From a virus (lineage: Duplodnaviria; Heunggongvirae; Uroviricota; Caudoviricetes), in IMG/VR virus record IMGVR_UViG_2728369393_000001: a stretch of DNA of 64,000 nt; one strand, written 5' to 3'. The position numbers and the translations under genes are program-made. Positions 1 through 8,964 of the stretch are shown here, piece by piece (the stretch's first letter is position 1; each line of letters begins with the position of its first letter). The notes beneath the pieces were generated by a model. It was not told the DNA's origin, did no database searches, and worked only from the letters and a program-made list of their open reading frames with translations.

Positions 1-68
1 GTCCGCAGGGCGGGGTGACAAGTTACTTATCTTACAATGAGGCTTCACAACATTGATTAGGGAAAATC

Positions 69-503
69 ATGTCTGACGTCTCAACAAACCTCTATAAGAG
101 TCAGTTGTTGGACTATTACTATCAGCGGCGCGCTGAATCGTCCATTAACAAAGGCTCTCGATTTTTAATCAGCAAGGCCGTTTTCGGTACCAGTTCACTG
201 GTTACTAAGAAAGGAGATGGCACTTATGAGATTGGAGAACTGCCAAAGGCTTTCGATCTGGCAGAACTGACCAGTCAATTTTGCACCATCAACCTCGTCC
301 CAACCTACTCAGGCGGGATAATTACTGTCCGAATGGACCTTGATCAAAGTCAGTTGCAGGAAGGGAAAAACTACCCATTCAACACTCTGGTTGTTCTGGA
401 TAACGAGAATAAGCCAATCGCCATTATTTGTGTCCAAGAAGACTCGCTGTATGTGGGCAAAACATATACCGCAGTTATGGCCATAAACTCGACTACAGCA
501 TAA
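69..503 (+). CDS. tail fibre operon protein immediately upstream of the tail fibre gene (P1 R-like by position)
   Basis: 144-aa ORF with ATG at 69, ends 12 bp before tail fibre start; no diagnostic motif. Confidence 0.4.
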   Translation: MSDVSTNLYKSQLLDYYYQRRAESSINKGSRFLISKAVFGTSSLVTKKGDGTYEIGELPKAFDLAELTSQFCTINLVPTYSGGIITVRMDLDQSQLQEGKNYPFNTLVVLDNENKPIAIICVQEDSLYVGKTYTAVMAINSTTA

Positions 504-514
504 GGATATGCTTG

Positions 515-3133
515 ATGAATGACGTTACAGTTGTTACATCGGTTACTTACCCATCACCCGAGTCGTTGGCTCTGGTGGCTGATGTGCAATACCACGAACC
601 ATATCTGTCAGCCGCTCTAAACCGAAAATTCAGGGGAATTGTTGACCCGGGATTTTATGCTGGTTTCTTGCCTAAGCCTGGCGGTGGAATGAACCTGTTA
701 ATCACCTCAGTGGATGGAGATAAAACCGCTGGCGCGGCGTCAGTGGATATTGGTGAATTCTACCAGGTAACTATTCAGCATCGTAAGGATATCTCTCTTG
801 CACTTAACGCAGGCAAGAAATATGCAATTGTGCTGAAGGGAAGATACCTTCTTGGAGAAGATACCTATCAGGTGAATACCGCGTCACATATTCATGCAGC
901 TGAATTTGTTGCCAGAACCTATACCGATTCATATCAGTTAGGTGATGGGGAACTGCTGGTTTGTACGGTGAATATCCCTGCTGGCGTATCTACCATTACT
1001 CAAGAGATGATTGATACATCCGAGCGTATCAACCGCACGATCGGCATTGATATTTCAGACTCTGTAACCAGTACCAGAAGTGATGTTGCTGCGAGTTCGC
1101 TGGCAGTTAAAAAAGCCTACGATCTGGCGAAAAGCAAATATACGGCGCAGGATGCAAGCACAACGCAAAAGGGATTAGTTCAGCTCAGTAGTGCCACTAA
1201 CAGTACGTCCGAAGTGCTGGCCGCCACACCGAAAGCTGTCAAGGCTGCATATGACCTGGCTAACGGGAAGTATACAGCCCAGGATGCAACCACGACACAA
1301 AAAGGGATAGTTCAGCTCAGTAGCGACACCAACAGCACTTCTGAAACATTAGCTGCAACTCCAAAAGCGGTTAAAGCTGCATACGATCTAGCAGCCGGAA
1401 AGGCACCATCCAGTCATACACATCCCTGGAATCAGATCACTGGTGTGCCAACAGCTTCATTGACAGCGAAAGGCATCACTCAGCTCAGTAGTGCCACTAA
1501 CAGCACGTCTGAAGTGCTGGCCGCCACACCGAAAGCTGTCAAGGCTGCATATGACCTGGCTAACGGGAAGTATACAGCCCAGGATGCAACCACGACACAA
1601 AAAGGGATAGTTCAGCTCAGTAGCGACACCAACAGCACTTCTGAAACATTAGCTGCAACTCCAAAAGCGGTTAAAGCTGCATACGATCTAGCAGCCGGAA
1701 AGGCACCATCCAGTCATACACATCCCTGGAATCAGATCACTGGTGTGCCAACAGCTTCATTGACAGCGAAAGGCATCACTCAGCTCAGTAGTGCCACTAA
1801 CAGCACGTCTGAAGTGCTGGCCGCCACACCGAAAGCTGTCAAGGCTGCATATGACCTGGCTAACGGGAAGTATACAGCCCAGGATGCAACCACGACACAA
1901 AAAGGGATAGTTCAGCTCAGTAGCGACACCAACAGCACTTCTGAAACATTAGCTGCAACTCCAAAAGCGGTTAAAGCTGCATACGATCTAGCAGCCGGAA
2001 AGGCACCATCCAGTCATACACATCCCTGGAATCAGATCACTGGTGTGCCAACAGCTTCATTGACAGCGAAAGGCATCACTCAGCTCAGTAGTGCCACTAA
2101 CAGTACGTCCGAAGTGCTGGCCGCCACACCGAAAGCTGTCAAGGCTGCATATGATTTGGCTAACGGGAAGTATACAGCCCAGGATGCAACCACGACACAA
2201 AAAGGGATAGTTCAGCTCAGTAGCGACACCAACAGCACTTCTGAAACATTAGCTGCAACTCCAAAAGCGGTTAAAGCTGCATACGATCTAGCAGCCGGAA
2301 AGGCACCATCCAGTCATACACATCCCTGGAATCAGATCACTGGTGTGCCAACAGCTTCATTGACAGCGAAAGGCATCACTCAGCTCAGTAGTGCCACTAA
2401 CAGCACGTCTGAAGTGCTGGCCGCCACACCGAAAGCTGTCAAGGCTGCATATGATTTGGCTAATGGAAAGCAAGCGGCAGACGCTACGCTCACTGCTCTA
2501 GCGGCACTAGCTACAGCAGCAGATAAACTCCCTTATTTCACAGGTGTTGATCGTGCCGCGTTAACTGCATTGACAAGTGTTGGACGCGCCATTCTTGGTA
2601 AGACCAGTATTCAGAGCGTTCTTGATTACCTTGGTTTAGGGGAAGGCTCGGCGCTGCCCGTTGGTGTACCTATTCCATGGCCCTCAGCCACACCGCCAAC
2701 GGGGTGGCTGAAATGCAATGGTGCAGCATTTTCTTCTGAAAAGTACCCAAATCTGGCAAAGGTTTACCCAACGTTAAAATTACCTGATTTACGCGGTGAG
2801 TTTATCCGTGGCTGGGATGATGGGCGAGGGATTGACTCTGGTCGCTCTATTTTAAGCGAGCAAGGATATGCAACGGAGGATCATGCTCACGGATTACCGT
2901 CAAAATCAACCGTAGCAACTGACCGCTCAATTAATTTCTACTTTGACGAGGCATGGGCTACTAGTGGTAATACGGGAGTTATCAGATGGGGGAACACAAG
3001 CGATGCAGGATTGCCAGCCCCTAATTATGGAACTTTTAAAACATATAAACAGTCCGTAGCTAATTTAGGTACTGCTGGCTTAGAAACCCGCCCTCGTAAT
3101 ATTGCATTTAATTATATTGTGAGGGCGGATTAA
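515..3133 (+). CDS. S: tail fibre protein: constant N-terminal part with 100-aa tandem repeats fused to the currently expressed variable C-terminal collar / receptor-binding domain
   Basis: ATG (MNDVTVV) 29 codons into track ORF 428..3133; repeats KAVKAAYDLA..TQKGIVQLSS; C-terminus GEGSALPVGVPIPWP..TGWLKCNGAAFSS..RGEFIRGWDDGRG (tail collar-like) ending RPRNIAFNYIVRAD. Confidence 0.88.
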   Translation: MNDVTVVTSVTYPSPESLALVADVQYHEPYLSAALNRKFRGIVDPGFYAGFLPKPGGGMNLLITSVDGDKTAGAASVDIGEFYQVTIQHRKDISLALNAGKKYAIVLKGRYLLGEDTYQVNTASHIHAAEFVARTYTDSYQLGDGELLVCTVNIPAGVSTITQEMIDTSERINRTIGIDISDSVTSTRSDVAASSLAVKKAYDLAKSKYTAQDASTTQKGLVQLSSATNSTSEVLAATPKAVKAAYDLANGKYTAQDATTTQKGIVQLSSDTNSTSETLAATPKAVKAAYDLAAGKAPSSHTHPWNQITGVPTASLTAKGITQLSSATNSTSEVLAATPKAVKAAYDLANGKYTAQDATTTQKGIVQLSSDTNSTSETLAATPKAVKAAYDLAAGKAPSSHTHPWNQITGVPTASLTAKGITQLSSATNSTSEVLAATPKAVKAAYDLANGKYTAQDATTTQKGIVQLSSDTNSTSETLAATPKAVKAAYDLAAGKAPSSHTHPWNQITGVPTASLTAKGITQLSSATNSTSEVLAATPKAVKAAYDLANGKYTAQDATTTQKGIVQLSSDTNSTSETLAATPKAVKAAYDLAAGKAPSSHTHPWNQITGVPTASLTAKGITQLSSATNSTSEVLAATPKAVKAAYDLANGKQAADATLTALAALATAADKLPYFTGVDRAALTALTSVGRAILGKTSIQSVLDYLGLGEGSALPVGVPIPWPSATPPTGWLKCNGAAFSSEKYPNLAKVYPTLKLPDLRGEFIRGWDDGRGIDSGRSILSEQGYATEDHAHGLPSKSTVATDRSINFYFDEAWATSGNTGVIRWGNTSDAGLPAPNYGTFKTYKQSVANLGTAGLETRPRNIAFNYIVRAD
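1165..2460 (+). repeat. tandem direct repeat, 300-bp unit, about 4.3 near-identical copies, inside the tail fibre CDS
   Basis: cagctcagtagtgccactaacag recurs at about 1189, 1489, 1789, 2089, 2389; copies differ by a few SNPs. Confidence 0.9.
2619..2644 (+). other. Hin/Gin-family recombination crossover site at the expressed tail fibre locus (constant/variable junction)
   Basis: TTCTTGATTACC-TT-GGTTTAGGGGAA; left half resembles hix-type half-site, right half is shared with all silent cassette sites; homology to cassettes begins exactly at the TT core. Confidence 0.7.
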
Positions 3134-3138
3134 TTATA

Positions 3139-3750
3139 TCAACTGGCTGTAGAAAGTTGTTTTTCAGGCCAGTTGAGATCTGGTGCCGTGGTTAAATCCA
3201 TCGCGTTCAGCTCGTCTATATAATCTAGCACGGAGTTAAGCTGCGTGGTTTCTGCCTGCGTCAACTTCCGTCCAGCCCGTAATTTCAACTGAATCAGACT
3301 AATGGAATCCATCGCAGTATCAATCAATGACTGACGTTTTGTTTCTGCTGCCTCTACAGCTGCACTATGTTGAGCCTCAGTATCAACCACCCATTTCTCT
3401 CCATCCCATTTGTCGTATGGTGTTAGCGGGGCGATAGTGGTTGTATTTTCCGGATAGTCACCCAACACCGTGATTTCTTCGGGATTCCCAGTGTCAATGC
3501 TATAGACAGTTTCGCCACGATGATCTGGCACATACTCCCATGAACTTAAATCCTCTGAACGGAGAATCGCATAACCTGCTTTATGTGAGCCTGGAGCATC
3601 CAAACAAGAATTTGCCGGAATACCAACGCCAACAGCAAGATATTCAGTTGATGCAGAAATATATTCCCGATTACCACCATCATAGTTATAAACGATAATG
3701 TTTCCTGCCTGTATGGCTATAAGTTCGCTATTTAATATCGCATTATCCAT
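3139..3750 (-). CDS. tail fibre assembly protein (Tfa / U-like chaperone) belonging to silent cassette 1
   Basis: 203 aa, ATG; directly downstream of cassette 1 on the minus strand; Tfa-like conserved C-terminal region. Confidence 0.7.
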   Translation of the reverse strand: MDNAILNSELIAIQAGNIIVYNYDGGNREYISASTEYLAVGVGIPANSCLDAPGSHKAGYAILRSEDLSSWEYVPDHRGETVYSIDTGNPEEITVLGDYPENTTTIAPLTPYDKWDGEKWVVDTEAQHSAAVEAAETKRQSLIDTAMDSISLIQLKLRAGRKLTQAETTQLNSVLDYIDELNAMDLTTAPDLNWPEKQLSTAS

Positions 3751-3760
3751 TATGCTGCTC

Positions 3761-4211
3761 TCACAATATAATTGAAGGCAATGTTACGTGGGCGGGTTTC
3801 ATTCCCCCAGATAACTCCGTTCTGTATTGACTGGTAAATTTACCATTAATCGCTCCTTGCCGGACGGCGTTATCTGTCGACAACAGACTATCCCCCCCTC
3901 TGTCATTTGGCACCAATACCGTGTTATCCCACGCGTCCCATGACCGAATATTATGATAATGACTTCCTGTTAACCACCCCTGTATGCTTAAGATGACCCT
4001 TCCCGCATCCACACCTCGCCCATCATCCCAACCACGGATAAACTCACCGCGTAAATCCGGTAATTTATTGGTGGGGTAGGCCTTTGCCAGTTTGGGATAC
4101 ATTTCAGAAGAAAATGCTGCACCATTGCATTTTAGCCAGCCCGTTGGTGGTGTTTCTAAGGGCCACGGAACGGGCACACCAACAGGCAGTGCAGAGCCTT
4201 CCCCAAACCAA
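3761..4211 (-). other. silent tail fibre C-terminal cassette 1 (promoterless gene segment); 1-bp deletion at the junction puts it out of frame relative to the other cassettes
   Basis: encodes GEGSALPVGVPVPWPLETPPTGWLKCNGAAFSSEMYPKLAKAYPTNKLPDLRGEFIRGWDDGRG..; junction reads ttccccaaacc (C4) where other copies have C5 or CCCCT. Confidence 0.75.
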
Positions 4212-4223
4212 CGTTTTTATGCC
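4199..4223 (-). other. cassette crossover site 1 (inverted relative to the expressed-locus site)
   Basis: plus strand TTCCCCAAACC-AA-CGTTTTTATGCC; contains the stop codon of cassette 2. Confidence 0.65.
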
Positions 4224-4687
4224 GCCCTTACGATGTAATTAAATGCAATATTACGGGGCGGGTTTCAGATGCTGTACGAACTGAGCGAGAGGCGTCGAAT
4301 GTCCAGTTATAAGAGCCATAACCCTCAATAATTTCCGTTTCCTTTAGGCCTGTAGATAATACTTGACCATGTTGACTAAATGGCCCTGAACTAAGTACAT
4401 CTCTAAAAAGCTGAGTACGCCCGAAAGAACCAACAATATTCTGAATTGCATCATTCTGTGCAGATAATAAATTACGGCCAGAGTCAATCCCCCGCCCGTC
4501 ATCCCAGCCGCGAATAAATTCGCCCGTAGATCCGGCAATTTATTAGTAGGGTAAACCTTTGCCAGATTTGGGTACTTTTCAGAAGAAAATGCTGCACCAT
4601 TGCATTTCAGCCACCCCGTTGGCGGTGTGGCTGAGGGCCATGGAACAGGTACACCAACGGGCAGTGCCGAGCCTTCCCCCAAACCAA
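4212..4687 (-). pseudogene. silent tail fibre cassette 2, degenerate (two internal -1 frameshifts)
   Basis: conserved N-part intact to PDLR, then frame lost (cgggcgaa where others have cggggcgaa); second 1-bp loss before the terminal RPRNIAFNYIVRAA motif. Confidence 0.7.
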
Positions 4688-4699
4688 CGTTTTTATGCC
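4674..4699 (-). other. cassette crossover site 2
   Basis: TTCCCCCAAACC-AA-CGTTTTTATGCC. Confidence 0.65.
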
Positions 4700-5174
4700 G
4701 CCCTTACGATGTAATTAAATGCGATATTTCGTGGACGGGTTTCACTCCCGCCAGTATTACCAATACTCCCTCGAGAATGAAGTGTCGGTGATGGAATCAA
4801 ATTCCCTCCTGTATTTGAGGCATCAAGCCCCCGTCCTTGTGTGTATGTTTTTTTGAAAATTGTCGCCAGCTCCCATTCATCTTTTGTGTCGTAACCATCA
4901 TTGGCTACAACAATATGTCGGTGCTTTTCCAGCATTCCTGTCTGAATGCTCAATAAAGCACGTCCCGCATCCACCCCGCGCCCATCATCCCAGCCGCGAA
5001 TAAATTCTCCCCGTAAATCCGGTAATTTATTGGTGGGGTAGGCCTTTGCCAGTTTGGGATACATTTCAGAAGAAAATGCTGCTCCGTTACATTTCAGCCA
5101 CCCCGTTGGCGGTGTTTCTAAGGGCCACGGAACGGGCACGCCAACGGGCAATGCTGAGCCTTCCCCCAAACCAA
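4693..5174 (-). other. silent tail fibre C-terminal cassette 3 (intact)
   Basis: in-frame from junction GEGSALPVGVPVPWP to ..TRPRNIAFNYIVRAA stop; track ORF 4693..5169. Confidence 0.8.
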
Positions 5175-5186
5175 CGTTTTTATGCC
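5161..5186 (-). other. cassette crossover site 3
   Basis: TTCCCCCAAACC-AA-CGTTTTTATGCC. Confidence 0.65.
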
Positions 5187-5688
5187 GCCCTTACGATATA
5201 ATTAAATGCAACGTTGCGAGGGCGAGTTTCTGTACCTACATTTCCACTAATTTCACCATAACGTTTAACACTACGAGAGCTAATAGCTCGTAGTGAGGAA
5301 GGCACCTTATGACCGGGTTCGTCCGTTTTAACTATTCCCCCGTCACCGTATGTAGCTAGTATTCCTGGATTTACGCCTTCCCGTGCACTTCCTGCGGCGA
5401 GTCCGTCCCCTGTCCATAATTCCATATAGTGTGCATGGTCCAAAATTGTGTGTGGCTGCCAATTAAGCAAAGCGCGGCCAGCATCCACCCCGCGCCCATC
5501 ATCCCAGCCACGGATAAATTCACCGCGTAAATCAGGTAATTTTAACGTTGGGTAAACCTTTGCCAGATTTGGGTACTTTTCAGAAGAAAATGCTGCACCA
5601 TTGCATTTCAGCCACCCCGTTGGCGGTGTGGCTGAGGGCCATGGAATAGGTACACCAACGGGCAGCGCCGAGCCTTCCCCTAAACCAA
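5180..5688 (-). other. silent tail fibre C-terminal cassette 4 (intact; conserved part nearly identical to the expressed copy)
   Basis: hand translation 5488..5690 has no stop; encodes GEGSALPVGVPIPWPSATPPTGWLKCNGAAFSSEKYPNLAKVYPTLKLPDLRGEFIRGWDDGRGVDAGRALL..RPRNVAFNYIVRAA. Confidence 0.8.
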
Positions 5689-5700
5689 CGTTTTCATGCC
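5675..5700 (-). other. cassette crossover site 4
   Basis: TTCCCCTAAACC-AA-CGTTTTCATGCC. Confidence 0.65.
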
Positions 5701-6127
5701 GCCCTTACGATATAATTAAACGCAATGTTACGAGGACGAATGGTTACATAATTAACCCCATCACCTCGTGAAGGCCCTGCAAATGAAAAACGGGAAAATC
5801 CTGGTTGGTTAGAAACAATTTGGTCATAGTTATTGATTGAATGACCAGACCCAATGTCGAAATTACCTCCGTAATGAGAAAAACTTGTACCATCCTGCCC
5901 TGAAAGCAGGGTACGTCCCGCATCAATCCCGCGCCCATCATCCCAGCCACGGATAAATTCACCGCGTAAATCCGGTAATTTATTGGTGGGGTAGGCTTTT
6001 GCCAGTTTGGGATACATTTCAGAAGAAAATGCTGCACCATTGCATTTTAGCCAGCCCGTTGGTGGTGTTTCTAAGGGCCACGGAACGGGCACACCAACAG
6101 GCAGTGCAGAGCCTTCCCCCAAACCAA
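5694..6127 (-). other. silent tail fibre C-terminal cassette 5 (intact)
   Basis: track ORF 5694..6122, GEGS..RPRNIAFNYIVRAA. Confidence 0.8.
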
Positions 6128-6139
6128 CGTTTTTATGCC
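6114..6139 (-). other. cassette crossover site 5
   Basis: TTCCCCCAAACC-AA-CGTTTTTATGCC. Confidence 0.65.
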
Positions 6140-6566
6140 GCCCTTACGATGTAATTAAATGCGATATTTCGCGGCCTGACAGCAACAAAATTTATACCAT
6201 CACCTACAGAGTTACTGGTGAAATTAAATCGTGAAAATCCTGGCTGATTTCCGACGATGCCATCATGAAAATTAATTGCGTGCCCTGCACCATCGCCTAT
6301 ATTTCCGGCACGCTGAGAAAAGTTTGTAGCCTCTTGGCTGCTTAATAATGCTCGCCCATTGTCCACACCTCGTCCATCATCCCAACCTCGAATAAATTCG
6401 CCCCGTAGATCCGGCAATTTATTAGTGGGGTAAACCTTTGCCAGATTTGGGTACTTTTCAGAAGAAAATGCTGCTCCGTTACATTTCAGCCACCCCGTTG
6501 GTGGTGTGGCGGAGGGCCATGGAACAGGTACACCAACGGGCAGCGCCGAGCCTTCCCCTAAACCAA
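6133..6566 (-). other. silent tail fibre C-terminal cassette 6 (intact)
   Basis: track ORF 6133..6417 starts at an internal TTG; hand translation shows the frame stays open up to the junction. Confidence 0.75.
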
Positions 6567-6578
6567 CGTTTTTATGCC
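6553..6578 (-). other. cassette crossover site 6
   Basis: TTCCCCTAAACC-AA-CGTTTTTATGCC. Confidence 0.65.
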
Positions 6579-7038
6579 GCCCTTACGATATAATTAAAGG
6601 CAATATTACGAGGACGGTTTTCATTAGCTGTTGGCACGACACGAGAGGCGTCGAATCCAAGGTCATCGGTTTTGCCTATATCAGTTGTGTTATTCGGCAT
6701 TCTCGCAGATCGTGTTCCTGCATCATAAAAAGCCCCTCTGATTGCATCAAAAGACATGCCAATCCCGCCATCGGCGAACCCCTCAATATTTCTTATTGCA
6801 TCCCCCTGTGAAGATAATAATTGTCGCCCGGCATCCACACCACGTCCGTCATCCCAGCCACGAATAAATTCACCGCGTAAATCCGGCAATTTATTAGTAG
6901 GGTAAGCCTTTGCCAGATTTGGGTACTTTTCAGAAGAAAATGCTGCTCCGTTACATTTCAGCCACCCCGTTGGCGGAGTGGCTGAGGGCCACGGAACAGG
7001 TACGCCAACAGGCAATGCTGAGCCTTCCCCCAAACCAA
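6572..7038 (-). other. silent tail fibre C-terminal cassette 7 (intact)
   Basis: track ORF 6572..7033, GEGS..NRPRNIAFNYIVRAA. Confidence 0.8.
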
Positions 7039-7050
7039 CGTTTTTATGTG
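7025..7050 (-). other. cassette crossover site 7
   Basis: TTCCCCCAAACC-AA-CGTTTTTATGTG. Confidence 0.6.
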
Positions 7051-7552
7051 GCCCTTACAATGTAATTAAAAGCAACGTTGCGGGGGCGCATTGATATCCA
7101 TGCCCCGGTAAAATTATCCTCTGCCGTCCTTTGAGTGCCTGTTATGGAGTTATCTGATGATGCTGGAACATAATCGCTATTATCTCCTGCTTTAGGATTA
7201 GCAGGGTTTCCAACAGTTATAACAGAATCAGCAGTAGCATAAGCGATACCTACTTTGACATTAGTAGTCAGATCGACACCGTAATAATCCTGCAAAGCTG
7301 TACGAATAAATGTTGCAGTCTGACCACTTAGCAATGAACGCCCTGTATCAATCCCTCTCGAATCATCCCAACCACGGATAAACTCACCGCGTAAATCAGG
7401 TAATTTTAACGTTGGGTAAACCTTTGCCAGATTTGGGTACTTTTCAGAAGAAAATGCTGCTCCGTTACATTTCAGCCACCCCGTTGGTGGTGTGGCGGAG
7501 GGCCACGGAACAGGCACACCAACGGGCAGCGCCGAGCCTTCCCCTAAACCAA
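7044..7552 (-). other. silent tail fibre C-terminal cassette 8 (invertase-proximal)
   Basis: track ORF 7044..7517 plus upstream conserved junction; ends MRPRNVAFNYIVRAT. Confidence 0.75.
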
Positions 7553-7564
7553 CGTTTTAGTCTT
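7539..7564 (-). other. cassette crossover site 8, last of the array, 55 bp from the invertase start
   Basis: TTCCCCTAAACC-AA-CGTTTTAGTCTT. Confidence 0.6.
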
Positions 7565-7618
7565 AATCCCTACCTATACCAACGATGTATTTTTAACTAA
7601 ACAAAGAGGTTGTTTTTC

Positions 7619-8191
7619 ATGCAAATTGGCTACATTCGTGTGTCAACAAATGACCAAAACACAGATTTACAAAGAAATGCACTGAATTGCGCAGGATGTG
7701 AACTGATTTTTGAAGATAAAATAAGCGGAACAAAGTCAGCCAGACCAGGCTTGAAAAAGCTGCTCAGAACGTTATCAGAAGGAGATACGCTGGTTGTCTG
7801 GAAGCTGGATAGGCTTGGCAGAAGTATGAAACACCTTATCACGCTTATAGAGGAGTTGCGGGAAAAAGGTGTTAATTTCCGTAGTCTGACAGACAGTATT
7901 GACACATCAACACCCATGGGGCGTTTCTTTTTTCATGTCATGGGTGCTTTAGCAGAAATGGAACGTGAATTAATTGTTGAGAGAACACTGGCCGGACTGG
8001 CAGCTGCACGCGAACAGGGACGCATTGGCGGACGTCGCCCGAAGTTGACAAAAGAACAACATGAGCAAATAGCGAGGTTGATCGAAAATGGCTACAGCAG
8101 GAAACAGTTGGCAATTATTTACGATATCGGTGTATCGACGATTTATCGTTATCATCCTGTAGAGAAGCGCCAAACTCAATCTGAGCTGTAA
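7619..8191 (+). CDS. cin: serine recombinase DNA invertase (Hin/Gin/Cin/Pin/Min family)
   Basis: MQIGYIRVSTNDQNTDLQ (catalytic Ser), C-terminal HTH; ATG at 7619 with AGAGG RBS; adjacent to the cassette array. Confidence 0.9.
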   Translation: MQIGYIRVSTNDQNTDLQRNALNCAGCELIFEDKISGTKSARPGLKKLLRTLSEGDTLVVWKLDRLGRSMKHLITLIEELREKGVNFRSLTDSIDTSTPMGRFFFHVMGALAEMERELIVERTLAGLAAAREQGRIGGRRPKLTKEQHEQIARLIENGYSRKQLAIIYDIGVSTIYRYHPVEKRQTQSEL

Positions 8192-8626
8192 TTCTAATGC
8201 CGCGTCGGTGTAATTTATCTTGATAGAATAGGTACATTTATCGCGCGGCACATCAATTCGATGTATCTAGCGCCTGCTGACCGCTAATGAAAACTGTTCT
8301 CGAAATGTTGTCCCTAGTCCGAGACTAGGGTATCACCTCTGGAAAGCATACGCAGAACCTTTTTTAACCCAGGGTGCCCAGTTTTTTTGCTGCTCGCCTT
8401 ATTCGCAAAAATTAGCTCACATCCTGCGCTTTCAAGTGCTTTTCACTGCATAGCTGTGTTTTGTTCATTTGTCTATATGCATACATAGCCTATTAACATA
8501 TTTTCTGCCCACTATCGTTATTTATTGCAAGCTACAGGTTTTAATTAACAAAACCAGTGTGTGTGGAAATCACAAAGTGCATACCGTTCTCAAATGTTGT
8601 TCAACTTACTGTTGTATAGGTAAAAA

Positions 8627-8890
8627 ATGACATTTTATGTACATATCGTGATGTTATCCCTTCTTGGTGGGGTGTATTCGTATTTGAGTGGGCTATGTGA
8701 AAACCGTTACGAGTCTTCATGCAAGAAATTGCTGGCCGAATGTATTTCCGCCGTACTTGCTGGCTTTATTGGCATGTATCTCGCGGAATATAAGGACATG
8801 AATGAAAGCCTTCAGAGCTGCATGGTTCTTATTTTCAGCGCCAATAGCAGGCTTATTATTGAAGGTTCCAAAAGTCGGTTGAATAGGTAA
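8627..8890 (+). CDS. small membrane protein upstream of the holin gene
   Basis: 87-aa hydrophobic ORF. Confidence 0.35.
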   Translation: MTFYVHIVMLSLLGGVYSYLSGLCENRYESSCKKLLAECISAVLAGFIGMYLAEYKDMNESLQSCMVLIFSANSRLIIEGSKSRLNR

Positions 8891-8964
8891 GTCTCTTATG
8901 CAACATAACCGGTTGAGAAGTTACTTTGCATACCATTACCTCCTGACAACGTAGGAGGGAACTT

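Noticed and set aside
1165-2460. Regularly spaced near-identical 300-bp repeats could be mistaken for a CRISPR-like or satellite array
   Set aside because: They are in frame within the tail fibre CDS, have no spacer/repeat alternation, and encode a repeated 100-aa protein unit.
5744-6040. 98-aa minus-strand ORF inside cassette 5 in another frame
   Set aside because: Fully nested in an alternative frame of a conserved coding segment; no start context.
4600-6811. Plus-strand ORFs 4600..4791, 5054..5293, 6007..6234, 6506..6811 (MHFSHPVGG.., MGYISEENAAPLHFSHPVGG..)
   Set aside because: These are antisense read-throughs of the conserved cassette junction repeated at each site; their repetition reflects the DNA repeat, not selection for a protein.
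3761-7517. Track ORFs starting MGEGS.. or MPVPWP.. annotated as independent small genes
   Set aside because: Their M residues are TTG or GTG codons inside a conserved junction; the segments lack promoters and RBS and are arranged as recombinational cassettes, so they are gene segments rather than free-standing CDS.
8200-8626. Possible recombinational enhancer, terminator or sRNA in the 430-bp gap after the invertase (hairpin CCCTAGTC-CGAG-ACTAGGG at about 8311..8330)
   Set aside because: The hairpin lacks a T-tract and I could not identify Fis-site pairs by eye; in this family the enhancer usually lies inside the invertase coding sequence, so nothing supportable here.
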